Source of the DNA: a virus
Lineage: Duplodnaviria; Caudoviricetes
DNA length: 30,631 nt
Reading direction: 5' to 3' (one strand)
IMG/VR virus record: IMGVR_UViG_3300017650_000126
Location: 1 to 30,631 of that record
Positions within the stretch are counted from its first letter, which is position 1; each line of letters opens with the position of its first letter. This document shows positions 8,789 through 17,375 of this stretch, piece after piece. A program made the translations under genes and the position numbers. The notes beneath the pieces are model-generated. The model worked only from the letters and a program-made list of their open reading frames with translations, searched no databases and was not told the DNA's origin.

Positions 8789-9760
8789 ATGTCAGAACCT
8801 ACCCCCGGCGACGCGCAAGCAACCGGGATGACGGAGGCGCAAGCCGCCGAAGCCTTCGAAGCCCGGCTAACCGCCCAAGAGGGCGGCGACAGTGACGGCG
8901 ACGAGGCGTTGCAGGAGGACGAAGAGTCCCCCGAACAGGCCGAAGGCGAAGAGCCCGAGGTCGAAGAGTCCGACGACGATGCTGAGGACGCCGAAGAGGC
9001 CGAAAAGCAGCCCGCCCTCGTCACCGTAAAGGTAAACGGTGTCGAAGAGCAGGTGACGCTTGAGGAGGCCATCGCCGGCTACCAGCGTCAGCAGGACTAT
9101 TCCCGCGAAAAGAACGCCGTGGCGGAGGAGAGGCGCGCCCTCGAACCCCTCAAGGCCGAACTTGCCGCGGAGCGCGAACGCGCCAAGAGCCTTCTGACGG
9201 TCCTGGAGCAGCGGCTCCAGGAGCCGACGATGAGCCCCGAAGACCTGGAATGGCTCCGCATCAACGAACCCCTGCAATACGGGGTCGCAGTTGCGGACGA
9301 AATGCGGCGTACGAGCCAGGTGCAAGCGGCGCAGGCCGAGCGGCAGCGCCTTGAGGCCCAGACGCACGCCGAAATGGCCGCCAAGCAGGCCGAGACCATC
9401 CAAGCGGAGCAAGCCAAGCTGTTCGCAGCCCGGCCCGACTGGAAGGACCCGGTCAAGCAGAAGGCCGCCGAGGAGGCGATCCGGGGGTACATGACGCAGG
9501 TGGGGTTCGACCCTGCTGAGCTGAGTGTGCTCACCGATCATCGCCTCTATCTGATCTTGGACGAGGCCGCGAAATATCGCGCGCTGAAGGACAAGACGCC
9601 CCAGGTACAGAAAAAGGTGGAAGCGGTGAAGACCGCCAAGCCCGGTGTCGCATCTCAGCAACCGTCGAAGGTCACCGAGGTGACGCGAGCGAAACAACGT
9701 CTCGCCAAGACCGGCAACGTCCATGACGCCGCCGCCGTCTTCCTTCAACGCATGGGATAA
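8789..9760 (+). CDS. Capsid scaffolding protein
   Basis: Acidic N-terminus, VTVKVNGVEEQVTLEE...GYQRQQDYSR motif, coiled coil, RLAKTG..DAA C-terminus; precedes capsid gene. Confidence 0.9.
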   Translation: MSEPTPGDAQATGMTEAQAAEAFEARLTAQEGGDSDGDEALQEDEESPEQAEGEEPEVEESDDDAEDAEEAEKQPALVTVKVNGVEEQVTLEEAIAGYQRQQDYSREKNAVAEERRALEPLKAELAAERERAKSLLTVLEQRLQEPTMSPEDLEWLRINEPLQYGVAVADEMRRTSQVQAAQAERQRLEAQTHAEMAAKQAETIQAEQAKLFAARPDWKDPVKQKAAEEAIRGYMTQVGFDPAELSVLTDHRLYLILDEAAKYRALKDKTPQVQKKVEAVKTAKPGVASQQPSKVTEVTRAKQRLAKTGNVHDAAAVFLQRMG

Positions 9761-9772
9761 GGAGCCGCCACG

Positions 9773-10741
9773 ATGGCGCTTACGACCAACGGCTACACCA
9801 CTTACGACGCGAAGGGTATTCGCGAAGACCTGTCGGACATGATCTACAACATCAGCCCGACCGAAACGCCCTTCGTCAGCAACATCGGCAAGCGCTCGGT
9901 GAACGCCACCTATTTCGAATGGCAGACCGACGCCCTCGCCGCCGCCGTGACCACCAACGCACAGCTTGAAGGCGGCGACGTCACGGCTGTGGCGATCACT
10001 CCGACCGCTCGCGTCGGCAACTACACGCAGATCTTCCTGAAGAGCTTCGCCATCGCCGGCACGCTCGAAGCGACCAACCGCGCCGGTCGGAAGCAAGAGC
10101 AGGCCTACCAGATGGCCAAGAAGACCAAGGAGATCAAGCGCGACCTGGAGGCCACCTTCACCTCCTCGCAGGTGGCGGTGGCGGGGGGCACGACCACGGC
10201 CCGTCAAACGGCCGCGTTCGACTCCTGGCTGAAGACCAACACCAACAACGGCAACGGCGGTACGGGTGACTATTCCTACACCACGACCCCTATCACCGGC
10301 CGTACGACCGCCACGGCGGGCGCCATCCGCACCTGGACGGAGACCATCTTCAAGGATGTGATCCAGAAGACCTGGGTGTCGGGCGGCGAGGCCGAGATGG
10401 TTATGGTGGGCGCCGTCAACAAGCAGCGGGCGTCCGGCTTCGTCGGCATCGCCTCGCTGCGGCATGAGACCGGGTCCGGCAAGGTGGCCATCATCGGCGG
10501 GGCGGACGTCTACAAGTCCGACTTCGGCGACCTGACCATCACGCCGAACCGCTTCATGCCGGCCAACACCGCCTATCACGTCGATCCGAGCTACGCACAG
10601 GTCGCCACCCTTCGTCCGCTCTTCATGGACGAACTGGCGAAGACCGGCGACGCCCGCAAGTTCGAGATGATCATGGAGGTTGGCCTGCAGGTGGGGAACG
10701 AAGCCGCCCACGGCGTCGCCCGCGACCTGACCACCACCTAG
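9773..10741 (+). CDS. Major capsid protein (SU10/DUF5309-like)
   Basis: GIREDLSDMIYNISPTETPF, FEWQTDAL, RVGNYTQI, KEIKRDLE, DVYKSDFG, LAKTGD; strong AAGGAG RBS. Confidence 0.95.
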   Translation: MALTTNGYTTYDAKGIREDLSDMIYNISPTETPFVSNIGKRSVNATYFEWQTDALAAAVTTNAQLEGGDVTAVAITPTARVGNYTQIFLKSFAIAGTLEATNRAGRKQEQAYQMAKKTKEIKRDLEATFTSSQVAVAGGTTTARQTAAFDSWLKTNTNNGNGGTGDYSYTTTPITGRTTATAGAIRTWTETIFKDVIQKTWVSGGEAEMVMVGAVNKQRASGFVGIASLRHETGSGKVAIIGGADVYKSDFGDLTITPNRFMPANTAYHVDPSYAQVATLRPLFMDELAKTGDARKFEMIMEVGLQVGNEAAHGVARDLTTT

Positions 10742-10767
10742 TACCAGTAGCTTACGCGTAGCGTGCA

Positions 10768-10799
10768 AGAGGGCGGTCTTCGGGCCGCCCTCTGCATTT
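10768..10799 (+). terminator. Hairpin with cUUCGg tetraloop after capsid gene
   Basis: AGAGGGCGGTC-TTCG-GGCCGCCCTCT then GCATTT; weak U tract suggests leaky terminator or mRNA stabiliser. Confidence 0.7.
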
Positions 10800-10811
10800 G
10801 AGGGAGGGCGC

Positions 10812-11120
10812 ATGTCCGAACGCTTCTTCGATCATGACCCCCTGACCGGCGTCACCGAGACCTTTATCTGGAGCGACGACGACACCTTCACGCTGAAGAC
10901 CCAGCAAGACGTCGAGCCCATCCTTGAGGCAGCCAAGCGCCGCTTCAACGACTTCACGGGCTCCGAGCGCTGGAACCCGGAAGGTGAGTACGTCGGCACC
11001 ATCCCCGCAGTTTTCCTCGACCAGATGATGCGGGACGGCAGCATCCGCGACCCCAAGGCGGTCATGCGGTTCTTCGAGCAAAACCCCGCCTTCAAGAGCC
11101 GCCCTGGGAGCCTCCTTTGA
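10812..11120 (+). CDS. Conserved phage hypothetical protein downstream of capsid
   Basis: QDVEPILE.AK...N...VGTIP.V pattern; GGGAGG RBS. Confidence 0.8.
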   Translation: MSERFFDHDPLTGVTETFIWSDDDTFTLKTQQDVEPILEAAKRRFNDFTGSERWNPEGEYVGTIPAVFLDQMMRDGSIRDPKAVMRFFEQNPAFKSRPGSLL

Positions 11121-11851
11121 AATCCAAGAAGCGGCCCGACATCAAGGTCAAGATCGGCATCCCCGCGCGGGACTCGGTGATGACCGGCTTCGCCCATTCG
11201 CTCGCCATGCTCACGGGCGCCACAGGGTGCGTGCCCGGCATCGAGCTGGGCGTGTCGACCAGCGCCGGCACCCTGATCTGCGACCAGCGCGACAAGCTGG
11301 CCCAGGCGATGCTGGACGACGGCTCGGACTACCTGCTGTTCCTCGACAGCGACATGCGCTTCCCCGCCGACGCGCTGGTGCGCTTGCTGGACCGCCAGCA
11401 ACCCATCGTGGCCTGCAACTACACCACTCGCCGCGCCCCGGCCGAACCGGTCGCCTTCCGTCGGCTGGCGACGGCCGAGAAGCTGTACACCGACGAGGAC
11501 AGCACGGGCCTTGAGGAATGCGCGGCCGTCGGTCTCGGCGTCTGCCTGATCGCCCGGGAGGTGTTCGAGCGCACCCCCAAGCCCTGGTTCTACATCCCGT
11601 ACGTGCCCGCCATCGAGGGGCATTGGGGTGAAGATGTCTGGTTCTGCAATCAGGCGCGCAAGGCGGGCTTTCCGACCCTGATCGACCACGACCTGTCCAA
11701 GCGCGTGACCCATATCGGCCTGCGGGAGTACGACTACCAGGACGCCCTCGCGGTCAAGGACGAGGTCCGCGAAATCTGGCGCCGTGACACCGAGGCGCAA
11801 ATGGCCCGCGGCGCCAACTGCGCCGGCGAACCGCTCCAGGCGGCCGGCTAG
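11117..11851 (+). CDS. Glycosyltransferase (GT-A fold, family 2-like)
   Basis: IGIP N-terminal strand, DYLLFLDSD (DxD), GLGVCLIAREVFE, GEDVWFC, HIG; TTGA-coupled start. Confidence 0.85.
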   Translation: MKSKKRPDIKVKIGIPARDSVMTGFAHSLAMLTGATGCVPGIELGVSTSAGTLICDQRDKLAQAMLDDGSDYLLFLDSDMRFPADALVRLLDRQQPIVACNYTTRRAPAEPVAFRRLATAEKLYTDEDSTGLEECAAVGLGVCLIAREVFERTPKPWFYIPYVPAIEGHWGEDVWFCNQARKAGFPTLIDHDLSKRVTHIGLREYDYQDALAVKDEVREIWRRDTEAQMARGANCAGEPLQAAG

Positions 11852-12472
11852 ATGCCCCTCTCCACCTACAGCGGCCTGGTCGCCGCCATCCCCAGCCACA
11901 TGTTCAACAACACGAGCCTGACCACGGCCGTGTGCCAGGACCTCGTGACGCTGGCGGAGGCGCAGATCAACCGCCGCTTGCGGGTGCGCAGGATGCTGGC
12001 CTACGCCGTCGCCGTGATCGAGGGCGAATACTCCGCTCTTCCGCCGGATTTCGCCGGTGAGCGCACGTTCGAGCTGCAGACCGATCCCGTCGCCCGGCTG
12101 GTGTTCCGCGCGCAGTCCGAGACTGACGCGCTGCACACGGACTTCCCCGCGGCGGGCAAGCCGCAATTCTTCACCATCGTGGGTAGCGAGTTCCGGTTCA
12201 TGCCGGTTCCTGACGCCGCCTACACGGCCAAGCTGACCTATTACCAGCGCATCCCGCCCCTCTCCGACGCGGCCGAGACCAATTGGCTGCTTGACGATCA
12301 CCCGGACGTCTACCTGTACGGCGCCCTCTATCAGGCGGCTCTCTACCTCAAGAACCCGGATGAGGCGTCGGGCTACGCCGCCCTGTTCACCACCTTGCTC
12401 GACGACGTGATGTCCGCCGACAAGGTGGACGGCTACGGCGGCCGGCTGGTCATGCGCGGACGGCGCATCTGA
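11852..12472 (+). CDS. Head-tail adaptor protein
   Basis: STYSGL..AI, LAEAQINRRLRVRRM, P.PDAAYT..LTYY.RIP.LSD..TNWLL..HPDVYLYGAL. Confidence 0.88.
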   Translation: MPLSTYSGLVAAIPSHMFNNTSLTTAVCQDLVTLAEAQINRRLRVRRMLAYAVAVIEGEYSALPPDFAGERTFELQTDPVARLVFRAQSETDALHTDFPAAGKPQFFTIVGSEFRFMPVPDAAYTAKLTYYQRIPPLSDAAETNWLLDDHPDVYLYGALYQAALYLKNPDEASGYAALFTTLLDDVMSADKVDGYGGRLVMRGRRI

Positions 12473-13764
12473 TGGTCGCGCGCCTCCTCGACAACTGCGC
12501 TGTTCGCGTCCCCACGACGGGAACTGGCGGGACGCTGGACTTGGGTGAGCCGGTCCAGATCGCCCGCCAGTTTATGCTGGCGTTCACTGATGCGGGCGCG
12601 GTGGATGGCGTCGAATACGCCTATAAGATCGTGGACGGATCGGGCTGGGAGATCGCCAAGGGGATCTGGAGCGCCACCTCCAACACCATCGGCCGCACCA
12701 CCCTGAAGGCCCATGACGGGCGCGCCGTTTCGACGTCGCCCCTCAATCTGTCGGGCCGCGCCTATCTCGCCGTCACCCTGAGCGCTGACGACTTCGCCAC
12801 CCTGGCGCAGCTTCAGGACAACCTCGACGTTGTTCAGGCGTCAGCCGACGCCGCCGCCGCCAGCGCGGCCGCAGCAGCGACCAGCGCGGCAAGCAAGGTC
12901 GTTGGCCCCGCATCGTCGACAGCGCACCGCATCGCCGCCTTCGCCAACGCCTCGGGCCTTCTGCTGGAGGACAGCGGGAAGCTGGTGTCGGACTTCTTGC
13001 TGAAGGCTGGCGACACCCTCGGGGCCGCGCTGAATTGGGCCGCCGCGGTCACCGTGGCGTCCGCTTCCACGTGCGATATCGGCGCCGCCGCCTCGAACTA
13101 CGTCAACATCAGCGGCGCCGTCACAATCACCAGCCTCGGGACGGCCGCGGCCGGGGCCGTTCGGTGGGTCAAGTTCACCGGCGCCCCGCTGCTGACTTAC
13201 AACGCGACATCGTTGATCCTCCCGACCGCCGCCAACATCACCGCGGCGGCCGGCGATACGGCGCTGTTCGTGTCCGAGGGCTCGGGGAATTGGCGCTGCC
13301 TCGGCTACAGCCGCGCATCCGGCCTTCCTCTCGCGCGTTCGACGTGGGTGACGATAGCCTCCGGCTCTTTATCCGGAACAGCCGTAAGCCTTACAAGTAT
13401 CCCTCAAACATATACAGAGATTCGCCTTTCACTTGCCGGCGCTAGCCATAACGGCGGCTCAAGCGAAAGTATAACTTTTGGGGTGTCGGCGAATAATGGG
13501 TCAACATACTCATCCCAGCCGATTTGTAGCGCGCTGTCGGCTTCTGCGTTAGTAGATATCGTGGTCATGTTCCCAAAATACACATCCAGTACGTCTGCTA
13601 TATTTAGCGCGTGGGGGATCGCCCAGCCTAGCCCAACCGTTTATGGAACCGCGACGACAGGCAACTACACGACGACGCACACGGGCGGCTGCAACGCGAT
13701 CCTTTTGGCGCTCACCGGCGGTGCGTCGTTCGACGCTGGCGCATACCTTCTGGAGGCGCGCTGA
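12472..13764 (+). CDS. Tail fibre protein
   Basis: TTGTG.LDLG...WEI.KG N-terminal anchor, Ala-rich coil, TVASASTCDIGAAASN.V.ISG.VTITSLGT domain, SIPQTYTE C-terminal domain. Confidence 0.8.
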   Translation: MVARLLDNCAVRVPTTGTGGTLDLGEPVQIARQFMLAFTDAGAVDGVEYAYKIVDGSGWEIAKGIWSATSNTIGRTTLKAHDGRAVSTSPLNLSGRAYLAVTLSADDFATLAQLQDNLDVVQASADAAAASAAAAATSAASKVVGPASSTAHRIAAFANASGLLLEDSGKLVSDFLLKAGDTLGAALNWAAAVTVASASTCDIGAAASNYVNISGAVTITSLGTAAAGAVRWVKFTGAPLLTYNATSLILPTAANITAAAGDTALFVSEGSGNWRCLGYSRASGLPLARSTWVTIASGSLSGTAVSLTSIPQTYTEIRLSLAGASHNGGSSESITFGVSANNGSTYSSQPICSALSASALVDIVVMFPKYTSSTSAIFSAWGIAQPSPTVYGTATTGNYTTTHTGGCNAILLALTGGASFDAGAYLLEAR

Positions 13765-14225
13765 TGGTGCAGTACGTCTACGACTGCGCGACCGGCGACA
13801 TGACCGAGGCGGAAGACTCTCCGATTGATTTGGGTGTGCGCAAGGCCAACGTCCGCGAAAAGATCAGCGCCCAGACGCAGGCTGTGTTCGACGCAGGATA
13901 CACCGTCCCGACCGGAACACTTGCTGGCCACAACCTGCAATGCCGCAACGAGACCGACCGCACGAATTGGTTGACGTCGCTGTCTATGTACCAAGTCGCC
14001 GTGGCGGCGGGTCAGGGCGACGTAGTCGATGCGGTGTTCCGCACCACGGCCAACGAGACGATCAAGACGACCTACGCCGAGGGCTTCCAGGCCATCTTGG
14101 GCATCGCGCAGTGGGGCAGGGCGGTCTACGCGCGCTCCTGGGCGCTGAAGGATGCGTGTGAGGCGGCGGCCGATGGCGCCGCTCTCGACGCGGTCGAGGC
14201 CGGTATTCTGAACGGCTGGCCATGA
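13764..14225 (+). CDS. Tail fibre assembly chaperone-like (DUF4376-like)
   Basis: LQ.R.E.DR.NW, FRT.AN, SW.LKD, C-terminal GWP; follows fibre gene. Confidence 0.7.
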   Translation: MVQYVYDCATGDMTEAEDSPIDLGVRKANVREKISAQTQAVFDAGYTVPTGTLAGHNLQCRNETDRTNWLTSLSMYQVAVAAGQGDVVDAVFRTTANETIKTTYAEGFQAILGIAQWGRAVYARSWALKDACEAAADGAALDAVEAGILNGWP

Positions 14226-14428
14226 ACCCGCTGAGGTGGCTCTGGAACCTCCTCGTCACCGTCGATTTCGCTTTCAACACCGTCGTCCTCGCGTCTTCCA
14301 ACGCCGAGACACTGTCCAAGCGGGCCGCCCGCGCCCGCAATAAGGCCCAGCGCTGGGGCTGCATCCTCTGCGCCCTGCTTGAGCGGGTCGACCGCGGCCA
14401 CTGCGACGACGCCCTGAACGGGCCGTAG
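14222..14428 (+). CDS. Small conserved phage protein (Cys/His motif)
   Basis: ETLSKRAARA....WGCILC.LL..VDRGHC; ATGA coupling. Confidence 0.75.
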   Translation: MNPLRWLWNLLVTVDFAFNTVVLASSNAETLSKRAARARNKAQRWGCILCALLERVDRGHCDDALNGP

Positions 14429-14449
14429 CGCCTCAGAACGGAAATCCAA

Positions 14450-14854
14450 ATGGCTTCAAACATTAAGGCTCAGACGGCGCTGCGCAACGCAATGCTAGAT
14501 GCGATCACGACCGCAATCGGCACGTCGGGAAAGCTGAAGATCTACGACGGTACGCAGCCGGCAACGGTCACCACCTCGATAAGCACTCAAACCCTATTGG
14601 CAACGTTGCCCCTGTCTTCAACCGCCGCTGCGGCAGCTTCCAGCGGCGTGTTGACGTTCAACGCTATCACCCAGGCAAACGCCGTCGCCGGGTCTACAGC
14701 GACTTGGTACAGCGTCACTAAGTCTGACGACACTCGGATCGTTGAAGGATCGGTAGGTACGTCGAGTGCCGACCTCGTCTTGAACACCACGACCATTGTT
14801 TCGGGCGGCCCCGTAGCAGTCTCCAGCTTCACCTACACCGGCCCGGGCGGCTGA
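14450..14854 (+). CDS. Virion structural protein (small beta-sandwich, fibre cassette)
   Basis: RNAMLDAI.....GKLKIYDGTQP...LLATL...GSVGTSSADLVL.TT.I..G.V.VSSFTYT. Confidence 0.8.
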   Translation: MASNIKAQTALRNAMLDAITTAIGTSGKLKIYDGTQPATVTTSISTQTLLATLPLSSTAAAAASSGVLTFNAITQANAVAGSTATWYSVTKSDDTRIVEGSVGTSSADLVLNTTTIVSGGPVAVSSFTYTGPGG

Positions 14855-14860
14855 TAGCCG

Positions 14861-15514
14861 ATGCCTATTACCTGGAACCCATCCGACAAGGCGGCCAACG
14901 TCGCTCTGAGCGGCGGCAACCTGATCGCCACCGGAACTTTGACGGGCACGGCCGGGAACAACGTCCGAGTCAACGCCTATACGGCAAGCGGCCTGATCTA
15001 CTGGGAAGTCGTCGCCAATACAGTGAATGGCGGCGCCGGGTTCGGATTTGGGTTTGCTAATGCATCCTTCACCATCGGTGCTGGCGTTTACATAGGCGAG
15101 AACAGCAATAGCCTTGGCTGGTACGACAACAGCGAAGTATACATAAACGGGTCCATCGTCGCTTCGTACACGCTGACGACCGCCGCTCCATTTTATAGCG
15201 GGGACGTTCTAAGCGGGGCTCTCAATCTAACGACCCGCCGGCTGTATCTACGGGTCAACTCCGGAAAATGGAACGGCGCAGCCAATGCCAACCCCGTAGC
15301 GGGTACCGGCGGCATCGACGTTTCCGCGATCACCGGCAACATCGCCGCCGCCCTGGAACTGAGCTTCAACACCGAACAGGGGACGCTTCGGGCGCTCGCT
15401 GCGTCGTTCACCCAGTCGGTCCCATCCGGCTATAGCGCGCTCGACCCCGGCGTTGTCGCTGGCAGCGCGCTCCCCTCGCGCGTGAGCCGCATCATCCACA
15501 ATCTTGCGAGGTAG
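14861..15514 (+). CDS. SPRY/ConA-like domain protein, putative receptor-binding
   Basis: TWNPSDK..NVALSGGNL.AT, G.IYWEV, GDVL..ALNL....LY.RVN, F.QSVPSGY. Confidence 0.75.
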   Translation: MPITWNPSDKAANVALSGGNLIATGTLTGTAGNNVRVNAYTASGLIYWEVVANTVNGGAGFGFGFANASFTIGAGVYIGENSNSLGWYDNSEVYINGSIVASYTLTTAAPFYSGDVLSGALNLTTRRLYLRVNSGKWNGAANANPVAGTGGIDVSAITGNIAAALELSFNTEQGTLRALAASFTQSVPSGYSALDPGVVAGSALPSRVSRIIHNLAR

Positions 15515-15517
15515 GCC

Positions 15518-15982
15518 ATGGGCCAGCGCTATATCGTCAATGTCAGTGCTGTCGCGGTTTCCGCCGCTCAGGACGTGTTCGAACTAAATGTCGCCTCTGA
15601 CCGTTCTGTCATCCTGCACGAGATCGGCATTAGCCAGTATTCGGACGCGGGCGACGCGCAAGCGGAGCTGCTGTCGGTCCAGTTGATTACCGGTTACACG
15701 ACCTCCGGCTCTGGCGGCTCGACGCCAACCCCGGCCCACCTACAAGGTACGGTCAGCGCGTCGTCCACGGTTGAGGCGAACAACACCACTGTCGCCAACA
15801 CAGGCACGGCCAAGACTCTGCTGTCCGATAGTTGGAACGTGCAAATCCCCTATCTGAAGCTCTGGACGCCCGAAACGCGGCCCGAGTTCAAGGCGTCGAC
15901 GCGGGCCGTGGTGCGCATCACGGCGCCGGCCGACGCGATCACCCTGAATGGCTACATGATCTTCGAGGAAATCGGGGCCTGA
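15518..15982 (+). CDS. Putative structural protein (jelly-roll-like)
   Basis: 154 aa Ser/Thr-rich beta pattern ending FEE; GAGG RBS. Confidence 0.7.
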   Translation: MGQRYIVNVSAVAVSAAQDVFELNVASDRSVILHEIGISQYSDAGDAQAELLSVQLITGYTTSGSGGSTPTPAHLQGTVSASSTVEANNTTVANTGTAKTLLSDSWNVQIPYLKLWTPETRPEFKASTRAVVRITAPADAITLNGYMIFEEIGA

Positions 15983-15983
15983 T

Positions 15984-16673
15984 GTGTCCTATGGCGTCTT
16001 TCGCGCCTACTGGCCCAATTACCGGGACAGACGCCCTCGGTTAGTTCTTGGGGCGACGCCTGGGGTTTCCGGCTCCGGTAGCGCCCAGCTTGATTTAACT
16101 GCCTCCGCAACCGCCGCGCATGGCGTCTCGGGCGCGGGGGCTGCAATCTTCAACCTCGCTGCGGCCGCATCTGGCTCAAGCGTCGTCGGGGTAGGCTCCG
16201 CTACCCTGACCATCACAGCCAGCGCCAGCGGTGCGCGAGGGGTCGCTGGAGCGCACGCAGCGACGTTAGCGCTGGCCGCTTCGGCGTCCGGGGCCGCGGG
16301 CGTTATCGGATCTGGCGGCGCCACGCTTGTTCTAACCGCCTCGGGGACGGGTTCGGTCAAGATTTCAGGGACGGGGGCCGCCACCCTCATCCTGGCTGCG
16401 TCTGGAATTGGCTCAATCGCCGTCACGGGCTCAGGCGCGGCCACCTTCAGCCTGAAGGGCGTGGGGGTTGGCCGGGTAGCAGTCGCCGCCCCGTACCCCT
16501 GGCATCCGCCGGTCGTCTGGTTCCCGCCTACCTCGGGCTGGGGGCCGCCCGGCTTCCTCTTCGCTCCGATCTGGGACGACCCGCCGGACGTGCAGACGAC
16601 GTGGGCTGCGCAGGGCGCCGCCTCGACCGCGTGGACCCAGCCGGCGCCGGCGCAAAACGTCTGGAGAACCTGA
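15984..16673 (+). CDS. Gly/Ala/Ser repeat fibre protein with Trp/Pro-rich C-terminus
   Basis: Seven ~20-aa repeats GxGxATLxLxASxxG; periodic Trp tail; GTG start. Confidence 0.7.
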   Translation: MSYGVFRAYWPNYRDRRPRLVLGATPGVSGSGSAQLDLTASATAAHGVSGAGAAIFNLAAAASGSSVVGVGSATLTITASASGARGVAGAHAATLALAASASGAAGVIGSGGATLVLTASGTGSVKISGTGAATLILAASGIGSIAVTGSGAATFSLKGVGVGRVAVAAPYPWHPPVVWFPPTSGWGPPGFLFAPIWDDPPDVQTTWAAQGAASTAWTQPAPAQNVWRT

Positions 16674-17375
16674 ATGGCTGATACGCCCAACTACGGCTGG
16701 ACGATGCCGGTCGTGAACGCGAGCCGCAATGTTTGGGGAACCATCCTCAATACGCTGTTCGGCGAGGTCGACACGGACCTGAAGGCGGTCTCGGACGCAC
16801 AAGCTGCCGATGCTGCCGCCATTACGTCTCTCGACGGCCGCGTAGATGTGCTGGAGGCCCGCTCCCCGGCGGGCTTCGTCTATGGATCGGGTGTCTACTT
16901 CTGGGGGGAAACCTGCCAGGGCCTGGAAGAGGAGACGATCACCGAGACGAACACCAGCATCCTTGCGGTGCCGTTCAATCAGGTCGGTACGTTCAGTAAG
17001 GTCTTCTTCCGCCCGTATGCCGCCTCGGTCACGTTCACGCTCACCGTACGAGACAGCGTGAACGGCCGCCCGGCTGACGCCTCGCTGGCGACGGCCACTC
17101 TGACCGGCACTGGCGGGATCACGGGCACGCAGGTTGTTGACCTGAGCCAGTCCGTCACGTTGAGCCGCCCGGCATGGCTTACCGTGACCGGCGGGCAGGT
17201 AAACACCCGGGGCACTACCGGCGCGCTTCCTCGCTTCACGCTGGGCACGCCTGGAATCGTCCCCAGCGCGGTTACCGACGTGCCCACCTGCCTTAAGCTC
17301 AATGGGTCGACTTGGCAGGCAATAGGACCCGGAACCAAGAAGTGGGCGCCAGCCATCGGTCTGGTGTCCGCCTAG
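16674..17375 (+). CDS. Tail fibre/spike protein
   Basis: MADTPNYGW..P.V..S.NVWG..LN anchor motif, short coiled coil, beta-rich C-terminus. Confidence 0.75.
   Translation: MADTPNYGWTMPVVNASRNVWGTILNTLFGEVDTDLKAVSDAQAADAAAITSLDGRVDVLEARSPAGFVYGSGVYFWGETCQGLEEETITETNTSILAVPFNQVGTFSKVFFRPYAASVTFTLTVRDSVNGRPADASLATATLTGTGGITGTQVVDLSQSVTLSRPAWLTVTGGQVNTRGTTGALPRFTLGTPGIVPSAVTDVPTCLKLNGSTWQAIGPGTKKWAPAIGLVSA

Noticed and set aside
10733-10750. Capsid stop TAG followed by TAC CAG TAG, suggesting read-through
   Set aside because: Read-through would add only three residues; no slippery site or extended frame seen
5986-10813. Very long minus-strand ORFs (751 aa and 648 aa) and similar ones elsewhere
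   Set aside because: Antisense shadows of portal, scaffold and capsid genes caused by high-GC codon bias; no motifs
12472-17375. Diversity-generating retroelement or invertible tail-fibre switch
   Set aside because: No reverse transcriptase, invertase, template/variable repeat pair or inverted crossover sites visible in the window
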